From NCBI GenBank assembly GCA_048882045.1, contig JBHLRZ010000003.1, positions 128,001 through 192,000 on the forward strand: a DNA stretch of 64,000 nucleotides. The letters are read 5' to 3'. Below, one piece after another: positions 37,625 through 46,500 of the stretch. The translations under genes were made by a program, and so were the position numbers. Below the pieces are notes generated by a model, which did not search any database, had not been told where the DNA came from, and saw only the letters and a program-made list of their open reading frames with translations. The stretch's first letter is position 1; every line of letters starts with the position of its first letter. Origin of the DNA: Candidatus Thorarchaeota archaeon. Its GTDB lineage: Archaea; Asgardarchaeota; Thorarchaeia; Thorarchaeales; Thorarchaeaceae.

Positions 37625-38728
37625 ATGTCCTATGACAAGTGTGTACGCTGTGGAGCATGTCTACAGTTCTGTCCAATGTTCGATGCTACCGGTGAAGAGC
37701 AGTACTCTCCCCGTGGGAAAGCATACCTTCTCCAGGTAATGGACCAAATCGAAGACGACGAGGAGCTAGCCAAAGAGTTTAGACGACTCCTCTTCGAGTG
37801 TACGATGTGTGGAAGGTGTGAGGAGCAGTGTGCTTCTGGAGTCGACCTGCTCAAGGTATGGCATGAACAGCGTGCAAAGGCCATCGAAACTGCACCAGAA
37901 GAATTTGAGTATCTGGAACCACTAAAAGATGCACTAGCAAACGTGAAGAACATCTATGGTCTCGCTGAGGAGGACAGAGCCATTTATTGGCTCGATGAGC
38001 TCGAGGATGAGATTCCGGGACTTGAGGACAGAGTCTACGAGAAAGGGAAAACAGCAGAAAATATGATCTTCCTCGGTTGTCTCATGTCGTTCAGAGCTAA
38101 CCAGATTGATGTCCTCAGATCACTGTTTCAGACACTCGAAAAGCTTGATGTCGACTATCTTGTAATGGGAGCTGAAGAGAACTGCTGTGGACATCCACTA
38201 TATCTCATGGGAGATGACGAAGGAGCTGAGAAACTCAGAGAGCACAACAAGAGTGTCATTGAATCAGCACAGGCAAAGAATGTCATCACCTGCTGTCCGG
38301 GATGTCTTATTCAGCTCAGGGAACACCATAATTTGAAGAAGACAGAGGCCCTGCATCACACTCAGTTCTTCGACAGACTGATTGATGGATCACATAGGTA
38401 CAATCAGACAGAGAAGTTCTCATATCACGATCCATGCGAACTCCACAGAATTCTAGGGATCAAGACAGAACCTAGGTCACTCATCAACAAGATGGGAATC
38501 GAGTTCAAAGAGATGGACCTTTCCTGTTGTGGGGGTGGGGGTCTCTTGAGGATGACCGATCCAAACCTGAGTGACAAGATCATGCAGTTGAGAGCAGCAA
38601 GGGAAGGAGTCAAACATACGACTGTGATAACAGCATGTCCTTCTTGCAGAGAACAACTCCTTGGCCAAGAATTGAAGACAAAAGACATCGTGGAACTTCT
38701 GTCTGACACAATGGGAGGTGCTGAGTAG
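37625..38728 (+). CDS. Fe-S oxidoreductase subunit (HdrD/GlcF-like, 2x 4Fe-4S plus 2 CCG domains)
   Basis: CVRCGACLQFCP, CTMCGRCEEQC, ENCCG, TCCPGC, YHDPC, SCCGGGG, TACPSC. Confidence 0.9.
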   Translation: MSYDKCVRCGACLQFCPMFDATGEEQYSPRGKAYLLQVMDQIEDDEELAKEFRRLLFECTMCGRCEEQCASGVDLLKVWHEQRAKAIETAPEEFEYLEPLKDALANVKNIYGLAEEDRAIYWLDELEDEIPGLEDRVYEKGKTAENMIFLGCLMSFRANQIDVLRSLFQTLEKLDVDYLVMGAEENCCGHPLYLMGDDEGAEKLREHNKSVIESAQAKNVITCCPGCLIQLREHHNLKKTEALHHTQFFDRLIDGSHRYNQTEKFSYHDPCELHRILGIKTEPRSLINKMGIEFKEMDLSCCGGGGLLRMTDPNLSDKIMQLRAAREGVKHTTVITACPSCREQLLGQELKTKDIVELLSDTMGGAE

Positions 38729-40067
38729 AATGAAAATCAGAGATGTGGTCATTGGTGCCAACGCCAGTATGTACTACAAGCTCAACTTCCGTAAGATAAA
38801 GGGAGTCTATTATCCGCGAAATACGCAAGAGGTCGTCGCAGCAATAAGACATGCGCAGAGTAACGGATTCACTGTGACACCAAAGGGTGGAGGTTCTGGA
38901 CTGAGTGGTGCTTGTACTGGAGGAAATGATGAACGTGTCATGATCAGCTCGCTTCAGATGAAAGACGTACTGACCGTATCCAAAGATCAAGGCTACATGG
39001 ATGTCCAACCCGGGATTATCATTGACAAGATCAACGAGTTCCTCGATCCAATGGGAATGCGTTTCTACGTTGCACCCAGCAGCAGAGACACTGCAACCGC
39101 AGCAGGAGTCCTCAGTACCGATGGTGGAGGAAATGATACTTGGGTGAATGGGACCATGAGAGATAACACAATTCGTGTCCAGTTGGTTCTCTATGATGGC
39201 CGCCTTATTATGGTTGATTCAGAAGGGGTCAAGAGTAGCGACAAAACTCTCGAAGCTCGACTCAATGACATTGGTGTCACACTGCACGATGTAGCAAGTT
39301 CTCATGGTACCCTTGGCTTCATAACAGAGTTGCGGCTCCGAATTAGACCTAAGTTCACAGAAACCCTCGTAGGAGGGCTCGTTGAGTTCTCAGAGTGCAA
39401 TGCTCTTGGAAAGACACTTACTGACATGATTGAGAGAAATAGCCCTATCAGATATGGTGAAGCAATCACTATTGCCCACGACGATGTACGTGAAGGATTC
39501 GATCCACCATTACTCATCCTAGAGTTCCCAAAGGACAATATCGATGACATAAAAGACATCACTGATTACAAACCTCTTGATGCCAAAGAACTGGCAAGAA
39601 TGAAAGACATCAGAATCAAACTACCAAAGCGGAATCCCACTGAAGGAGTTCAGTTCGCTCTCTTTGAAGGATATGGTTTCCATGGTGATAGTCTGTTGAA
39701 TCTTCAAGACAGCCTCAACGAGATCGAAGCCCTTCTCAATAGTCATGATATGGCACCCTTTGCAAAGTACGGTCATGGTCCAAGCAAGTGGTACCTTGGC
39801 GATAATACACCAACCTATGGGCTCATTCTACACTCGAGAGAGATCAGACCTGAGGGCAGAACTGGTGAGGAAATGCTCAATGTTGTGCTGGAGATTGTGG
39901 ACAAGTGCGACGAGTTAGGAGTCACGCCAAAGCCAGAGCATAAATGGCCCTTCTCAGACGTTGACAAGAAGAAGAGACTTGAGGAGATCAGGCGGGTCAT
40001 CGGTGAAGGATTCAATCCGTTCTTGCTCTCTCCAGAATGTAATGATGTGCTAGGCTCAATGGTTTGA
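38718..40067 (+). CDS. FAD-binding oxidoreductase (GlcD / D-lactate dehydrogenase-like)
   Basis: PKGGGSGLSGA, VQPGI, STDGGG, SHGTLGFITE, C-terminal PEH...FNP; overlaps the upstream Fe-S gene. Confidence 0.82.
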   Translation: MLSRMKIRDVVIGANASMYYKLNFRKIKGVYYPRNTQEVVAAIRHAQSNGFTVTPKGGGSGLSGACTGGNDERVMISSLQMKDVLTVSKDQGYMDVQPGIIIDKINEFLDPMGMRFYVAPSSRDTATAAGVLSTDGGGNDTWVNGTMRDNTIRVQLVLYDGRLIMVDSEGVKSSDKTLEARLNDIGVTLHDVASSHGTLGFITELRLRIRPKFTETLVGGLVEFSECNALGKTLTDMIERNSPIRYGEAITIAHDDVREGFDPPLLILEFPKDNIDDIKDITDYKPLDAKELARMKDIRIKLPKRNPTEGVQFALFEGYGFHGDSLLNLQDSLNEIEALLNSHDMAPFAKYGHGPSKWYLGDNTPTYGLILHSREIRPEGRTGEEMLNVVLEIVDKCDELGVTPKPEHKWPFSDVDKKKRLEEIRRVIGEGFNPFLLSPECNDVLGSMV

Positions 40068-40559
40068 GAGTTGTTCTGCCAAGAAAGTAGCAACTGCTAC
40101 ACGATCAAAGGGCCAGGCATATCTGATTGACACACTTGGATAGCGTTCCTGTGCATTTTTGATAGACTTGGGTATGTCAACAGATGAATGTTCTCCACCA
40201 GGAGTCATCATTGGTGTAATGACAATGATGTCCTTGTTCCCAGATTGTACTGCTATTTCAAGAGCTTTGTCAATACTTGGATTGCAGAACTCATTGAATC
40301 CAACAAGTACTTCATTACCAGTGATACGACTCACCTCCTCAGCAAGTCTCAGCGACGCATCCCAGAACGGATCATTCTCTACAGTCCGTGGCCACTCACG
40401 CATCTTGTTATGGAGGTATTCATGTTTCTCCTGCATTATCTGAGGCATTTCATCTGGTCCCAAGTCGTGCATCATATGAAGTTTGAAAAAATCAACGAGG
40501 TCTGAACGAGGATAATCTTTCGGAGGTGCACCATGCATTGCGAGGATGATTGTTGGCAT
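40056..40559 (-). CDS. CbiX/SirB-type short tetrapyrrole chelatase
   Basis: ILAMHG, GFNEFCNPSI, PMMTPGGEHSSVDIP. Confidence 0.85.
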   Translation of the reverse strand: MPTIILAMHGAPPKDYPRSDLVDFFKLHMMHDLGPDEMPQIMQEKHEYLHNKMREWPRTVENDPFWDASLRLAEEVSRITGNEVLVGFNEFCNPSIDKALEIAVQSGNKDIIVITPMMTPGGEHSSVDIPKSIKNAQERYPSVSIRYAWPFDRVAVATFLAEQLSNH

Positions 40560-40682
40560 ATGAATCCACTAAAATTATGCAAAATCTGACTCAGGTATAT
40601 GATTTGTGATGTATGACTTTCAAAACAGTCTGAAAGTATCTTCTGTAGCACTCTTACTGGAAGAATACTTTCGGCCATGTCT

Positions 40683-40717
40683 CTTCGGGGGTTTATATAG
40701 TATCATTCTGTGACGAA
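40683..40717 (+). promoter_or_regulatory. TATA box plus motif upstream of the cdc6-like gene
   Basis: TTTATATA at 40692-40699, about 25 nt before ATG 40724 (leaderless spacing). Confidence 0.6.
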
Positions 40718-40723
40718 TTACTG

Positions 40724-41866
40724 ATGAGAATGGTTCGTGCACATCGTAGCCCCAAGGGTCTCTTCGACCCAATGTACGTCCCGGACAAACTTCTACATAG
40801 AGACCGTGAGCTCGATAACATCAATGGGATGTATCGCGACTCCTATGAAGAGGAGTACGGAGTCAATTGCCTCGTGCATGGGATAACAGGTGTGGGAATG
40901 ACTGTCTTCTCACGTTACTTTCTCACAAAGCTGGTCCCACAGCAGTTCGATGCTTATACGGTCTATGTGGATGCAAAACACAAGGACCCACTAGAGATAG
41001 TTTCCGAGTTGAATGACAAGATACACAGAGAAGCCAACAAACCCATCACTGTTGCTTTCGATTTAGATGTGCTTTGGTTGCAGTTCAAGAGGACAGCCGC
41101 AGCCACTGAAAAGAAGACTGTGTTTGTCATTGACAACATCGATGAAACAAATGAAGAGGTTTACACAAAGGTCGCAAGGCTATCCAAGGAGATAAGGGCG
41201 AGTACGATCGGTGTTCTCAACAGTCATGACTATCGACTGCTCACTAAACTACCGGCTACTCAGATGGCGTACGATTTTGAGATTCCTCTTGACACCTATA
41301 CCCAGTCTCAGCTTTATGACATAGTTAGAATGCGCGTGGAGGATACATTTCCGTTAGGCCTCACCGAAGAGGTGGTACGTTATATCACAGACCTGGTTGT
41401 GGAGTTTGATGCATCCAAACCAAAGACCACAGTCGAGGCATTGAAGGCTCTATGGCCATTGGCTTCGGGTGGACAAGAGATTGACTCCGATGCTGTCAGG
41501 AGTGCTACCATGTCAATCACTTCATTCGCACATGACAACGACTACATGGAGCTTATCGAAACAATCTCGATGAACGACTTCATGACACTACTTGTGTTGG
41601 AGGCCATATGTGAGCACTTGATGAGGTACAAGACAGAAACCTACATCGACCGACAGACGCTGGAGGAAGTGGTCGAGGTGAAGTGTGAGGAGCTTAGTGT
41701 CAGGTATGCGCCGAATGACATTGACAAAAGTCTACAGACTCTCATATTCCAGAGTATCGTCTTTGAGAGTGGATACTCTAGGAACCTGCTCTATGTTCTT
41801 GCACCGCCTGAAATCATCTATGACGCAACAGTCGGTCTAAGACGTGAACTTGCTCGTAGAAAGTAA
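40724..41866 (+). CDS. Divergent Orc1/Cdc6 paralog with degenerate ATPase motifs
   Basis: FDPMYVPDKLLHRDREL N-terminus; Walker A GITGVGMT; Walker B VIDNID; YTQSQLYDIVRMRV; C-terminal winged helix. Confidence 0.85.
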   Translation: MRMVRAHRSPKGLFDPMYVPDKLLHRDRELDNINGMYRDSYEEEYGVNCLVHGITGVGMTVFSRYFLTKLVPQQFDAYTVYVDAKHKDPLEIVSELNDKIHREANKPITVAFDLDVLWLQFKRTAAATEKKTVFVIDNIDETNEEVYTKVARLSKEIRASTIGVLNSHDYRLLTKLPATQMAYDFEIPLDTYTQSQLYDIVRMRVEDTFPLGLTEEVVRYITDLVVEFDASKPKTTVEALKALWPLASGGQEIDSDAVRSATMSITSFAHDNDYMELIETISMNDFMTLLVLEAICEHLMRYKTETYIDRQTLEEVVEVKCEELSVRYAPNDIDKSLQTLIFQSIVFESGYSRNLLYVLAPPEIIYDATVGLRRELARRK

Positions 41867-41879
41867 AAAGGATGGAAAG

Positions 41880-41897
41880 CGGCCGGAGATCCGGCCG
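41880..41897. terminator. GC hairpin between convergent genes
   Basis: CGGCCGG-AGAT-CCGGCCG. Confidence 0.65.
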
Positions 41898-41911
41898 TTC
41901 ATTTGGATTGA

Positions 41912-42337
41912 TTATGCAGATTTCTTCTCTGCGAACTCTTTCTTGATCCAGTCATCAAGACCAGATGCACCCTGAAGGTTGGCTAGGTCTCCATCCAGAT
42001 TGTCAGGATTCAGGACAGCAATCCAACCTGCTCCATATGGGTCTTCATTGAGAAGTCCAGGATTGTCCTTGAGCGAGTCATTGACCTCTTCAATCACTCC
42101 GCCAACCGGAGCCTTGACAGGGCCAGTCCATTTTCCAGATTCAAGAGTGCCGATACTTCGTCCTGCAGCAATGGCTTTACCAGCAGGTCGGAGTCTGACA
42201 AACTTGATTTTACCTGCAAGATCCATTCCAAAGGTTGTGAAACCGATGCGAACCTTGCCGCCTTCGTTTTTCACCCAGATTTGGTCTTCAGTATAGTATA
42301 GATCGTCGGGGAAGTCAAAACCCTCGTAGTTTACCAT
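41912..42337 (-). CDS. gcvH: Glycine cleavage H-like lipoyl-carrier protein
   Basis: FPDDLYY...WVK, VRIGFT, LESGKW (lipoyl lysine), LNEDPYGAGWI. Confidence 0.88.
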   Translation of the reverse strand: MVNYEGFDFPDDLYYTEDQIWVKNEGGKVRIGFTTFGMDLAGKIKFVRLRPAGKAIAAGRSIGTLESGKWTGPVKAPVGGVIEEVNDSLKDNPGLLNEDPYGAGWIAVLNPDNLDGDLANLQGASGLDDWIKKEFAEKKSA

Positions 42338-42407
42338 GGTGTAGTCACCTTGACTTTTGTCTGGATGACGCCTACTTAAGGCATTTGCTCTGGGTCAAAA
42401 CTGTGTG

Positions 42408-42644
42408 TCAATCGGTTTTCGAGTCCCCATTCATAACTCGTCGCAGGTTCTCCGCCTCTTCTACATCGACTTCAACATATGTGGGACCCGAGTATCCACA
42501 CTCTTTGTCCTCACAATAGTATGTTGTTGGAACGAGCCAGCCACTCACAGAAGTCTTGGCCTCGGCAATCCTTGAAGAGCCACACTTTGGACATACCCTG
42601 ATCTTTCGTGTCAACACAGAACCTTCTCCCGGCTTTGACAGCAT
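42408..42644 (-). CDS. Small zinc-ribbon protein
   Basis: VCPKCGS...GWLVPTTYYCEDKECGYSG; true start may be the internal TTG. Confidence 0.75.
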   Translation of the reverse strand: MLSKPGEGSVLTRKIRVCPKCGSSRIAEAKTSVSGWLVPTTYYCEDKECGYSGPTYVEVDVEEAENLRRVMNGDSKTD

Positions 42645-42699
42645 ACCCCAGCTGATGTGACTTAAAACACTTACCGACCTAGGAAACCCTACTTTCGTC

Positions 42700-42737
42700 C
42701 TTCTGGGGGTGGTTATATGATGTCATACTGAAACAAA
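42700..42737 (+). promoter_or_regulatory. TATA box plus motif upstream of the RadA-like gene
   Basis: TTATAT at 42713-42718, 27 nt before ATG 42746; flanks resemble the cdc6-like promoter. Confidence 0.55.
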
Positions 42738-42745
42738 GGCGTGAG

Positions 42746-43513
42746 ATGACACCTTCGAAGACACCCCTGAGACACGGATTTCATACAGCAGATGAATTCA
42801 GGAGTATGAGAGCTGAATCAGGTGTGATGGCAATCGACACTCTTCTTGAAGGGGGAATCGAGTCGGGTCTAGTCCATCTCTTCTATGGTGACAGGTGTCT
42901 TCACAACGACTTTCTACATTTTGCAGTGAAAGCTCTGACATTCAAGGTAAAGGGGGGACTTGAGAGTCCCACTATCATCATCGACAGTGCTAACATGGTT
43001 AAGGTTGAGCGTCTCTCTGAGCTAGCTTACCAGTTCAATCTCGAGCCTGAAGAGGTTCTCGATAACATCTACATCTCTAGAGCATTCAACTCCTCCCAAA
43101 CCTACGACCTTGTGATGAATCAGATGGAGAACTTTCTGGACAAGATTCCTGCACGTGTTCTCATGATAACAGGCCTGCCCAACTTGTATCTAGAGGAGGG
43201 TCTAAAGGGAGAGGGCATCCAGGAGATATCGCATATGGCTTCGAGGATAGCTGCTGTGACTCTCCAGAGGTCTCTTTTCACCCTCATATCTGCTCCTGCA
43301 TCAGTAAAGAATCCAAACTTTCCGGAGGGTGGACGGACCCTTTCAACATCAGCCCAAGTGCACGTTCAGGTAACCGACTCACCTTCTCGTATAACGTACA
43401 CACTTGCTAAGCATCCACAGTTTCCAGTTAAGCGTACAAACAAGGCAAAGACAGATCCTTCTGGCGATACTCTACCACTTTCATACTTTCTCAGAGGGGA
43501 GTCTGAGAGGTAG
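42746..43513 (+). CDS. RadA/Rad51 paralog with degenerate Walker A
   Basis: GFHTADEF, SGVMAIDTLLEGGIESG, GGLESPTIIIDS, PEEVLDNIYISRAFNS, PEGGRTL; P-loop reads FYGDRCLHND. Confidence 0.82.
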   Translation: MTPSKTPLRHGFHTADEFRSMRAESGVMAIDTLLEGGIESGLVHLFYGDRCLHNDFLHFAVKALTFKVKGGLESPTIIIDSANMVKVERLSELAYQFNLEPEEVLDNIYISRAFNSSQTYDLVMNQMENFLDKIPARVLMITGLPNLYLEEGLKGEGIQEISHMASRIAAVTLQRSLFTLISAPASVKNPNFPEGGRTLSTSAQVHVQVTDSPSRITYTLAKHPQFPVKRTNKAKTDPSGDTLPLSYFLRGESER

Positions 43514-43515
43514 GT

Positions 43516-46500
43516 CTACTCCCTCAACCTCTCAGCATCCAAGCTCTTGATGAGCTCCTCGACCAGCTCTCGCGGAAGTTCCTTGGCTTGTTTCACGATG
43601 ATGTCAATCTCGGAATAAGGTACACCCTTGTCCCGTAACTCTTTCTCCAATTCCTCTATCTCGAATGGACTAAGCATGTCGCTAGTGAAGCTGAAATCTT
43701 CTACAGGTACTCCAGGTTCCTCCGGTTCAACAGCTGGTTCGGTAGGTGTGAGCTCATCCTCCTCAGGTAGGAAGACTCGTTCGACCTCCTCCTCTGGTTC
43801 AGCGATGACCTCACCTTCCTCATCAACGAGAGGCTTGCTCACAACCTCTTTTTCGCCGGCAAGACGCCTGTCGGCTTCAGAGGCAACCTCTTCGAGGATA
43901 TCCTCAACTGTCTTGCCTTCACGTCGAGCTGCACGGATGGCTTCCTGCATGATGACCTCTTTCACGAAGGCTGCCTGCTCACTCATCTTCATCTTGGCAA
44001 TATCAGCCTTGAACTCGTCAAGCTCCTGCTGGTTGAGATTGGTGAGTATGGACAACTGAATAAGCAGTTCACCTACTTCAGGTACTTGTACTGGGATTGA
44101 ATCCTCTGGTATCTCTTCAAGGGTCCGGGTAATCTCTAACTCAGAGAATGTGTCGTTGAACAAATCAGTAATGAGCACCCGTCGGCTTTTAACATCCTTA
44201 ACAGGCTTGGGGATCTTACCCTTCTTAATCACCTTGATTTGAGCGTTGATTTGACGCAATCGTTTTGGTACACTCCAGACTCTCATATAGAGGCCAATCA
44301 ATAGTATCAGAAGGAAACCAACTGGAGTTCCAAAGGTGAACAGAGTCGTCATTGTTCGAGCAATCTCTGTTGGTTGAACATCAATACGTAAGGTTATGAA
44401 TAATTCCTGAATGTCGGCTTTACCAAGCTTAAGTATTATTTGAGAGCTTCCTTCATCTGTTCCGATAAATGGTGAAGCTGCAGTGAACTCTATGATGTAA
44501 TAGCCGGGGCGTCCCGGATCTTCATAGGGTGTTCCGAATGATACTAGTTCAATGAAGGACAGTTCTTCATCCAATGAAAGGTTTGCATTTGTAATCACCG
44601 TTCCTGGTGCATGTCCAGGCCATTCGTCATTGTACCGCAATACTATACTACCAGATTCACCATAAAGGAGATCAAATGTAGTGAAGTCGGGATTTGAGTA
44701 TGTATTAGGACCAATGTTGATCTCGGCGAGGTCGATTGAAGTGGGCAAATCGATTATACGAATTAGTATCTTCACTTCAGCAATCGAATGATTACCAAGC
44801 CAGAATCTGAATGTTATCTCATATGGGAATAACCTCGGATCAGATGTAGTATTCAACAACCATGGGTCGTTTGTGTCAAAGAAGAAGCTGTAAGAGCCAT
44901 TCCCTAACTCTGTAACTGAGAAATAGGTCGGTGGACGAGTTGGTCCAAAAATATCACTCAGATCGAGCTGAGCATTAGCTAAGCCACCAATAAAACCATC
45001 AGAATCATCTGTGTCGTTGTAGAAGAGCATTATGTTCATGGATTCTCCAATTGGAATTCTATAGTTTCCTGGATCATACGACGGATCTTCATATTCTTCT
45101 TCAATATTGACTTCGATATTTGTCGGAACTGGTAGGACTTTGATTTGTATGATACTTGTAGCTTCTTGATAGTTGAGTTTCGAGAAAGTAACGGAGATGG
45201 GAATATTGGTTTCACCAGACTGCAAAATAGTTGTGTCAAATGGTATCAGATAGTAACCTGTCAGAGGAATGTTAACTGCTTCTACTGACTCAAATCCAGG
45301 CACACTAAGCGTGACTGTTGCACCGGGAACTCCCTGGCCAAATGACACATCCCAATATGTGAAATTGAGATCACCTGACCATCCCCAGTACAATTCACCT
45401 GTTCCCAAAGCTGGAGGAAGGACAACAGTCAAAATCCGTTTGATTGTAAGGGTGAGACGAGTTATAGAATCAGCGTATAAGGATGCATTATCCCAAACCA
45501 CTGCCCTAATTGTGATTGGCCATATACCATAACCAATTGCTGTAGTATCGAGGATGGCTGTGAAAATACCTGTTCGATTATTCGTGAAGGCTCCTTCAAG
45601 ATTCGCCTCTGATATGAACCATCTAAGGTCTGCATAATAGAAAGAGCTGTTTCCTATAGCTGACATGTTTACACTCAGTTGAACCGGTTCTGAATAGACT
45701 CTGGTCATATCTTCTGTCGTTTCACCTGCGAGTTCTAGAGTTGTCGATGTCTGTTGAATTCTCAATTTGAATGAATTGGCTGCAGGTTCATAATTGTCAA
45801 ATATCGCAGTTAGTCGGACTGTATAGATATCAGGATCTAGAATCGTAGGACCGTTTGACGATATCAAATAGCTCCAATAACCAAGTGTACCATTCGGAGC
45901 TAATGCAAAATTGAAGGTTTCAAGAGTTCCAGTAACTTCAACAACTCTAGATTCTGGAATTGGAACTCCAAATGCATCTTGTAGATACATTGTTACTAGA
46001 AGTTCGTCGCCTCTATTCAAGAGGGTGACTTCATCTATGGGTCGATCTTGAACCATTTCGCTTGCAAGACTCCTGACAACAAGGGTGACATATGCATACG
46101 AAGTCTTGTAGAAGCCATCATTATCTACAGCCCTGAATGAGATGACATAGGTACCGACATCAGCAATGATAGGAGTGATAGAGGTATCTATCGAGGCGAT
46201 ATATTCTCCGCTGCCTATATGAGTTGTAAGCCCTCCATCAACTCCACCCTCATCCCAATACCACGTGACGTTGATTCCGGGTGTAAAGATGGGACCTCCG
46301 AAGAGTAATTCAGTGAAATTAACAGTGATGGTTTGACTCCCTTGCCAATCTACTTCATAGTAGTCTAGTTGAGGTGTAAGCTGAGTGTTAATCTTCTGTA
46401 CGACACCCGTCACATCAATGGTGGACATATTGGCGTAGTATGGTTCTATAGAGGGATTCCACATGACACTTAGACTAAACACGAAGGTTCCTGGGTTTAG

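Noticed and set aside
40560-40723. Replication origin next to the cdc6-like gene
   Set aside because: Only 164 bp, with one G-string and no repeated ORB elements or clear unwinding element.
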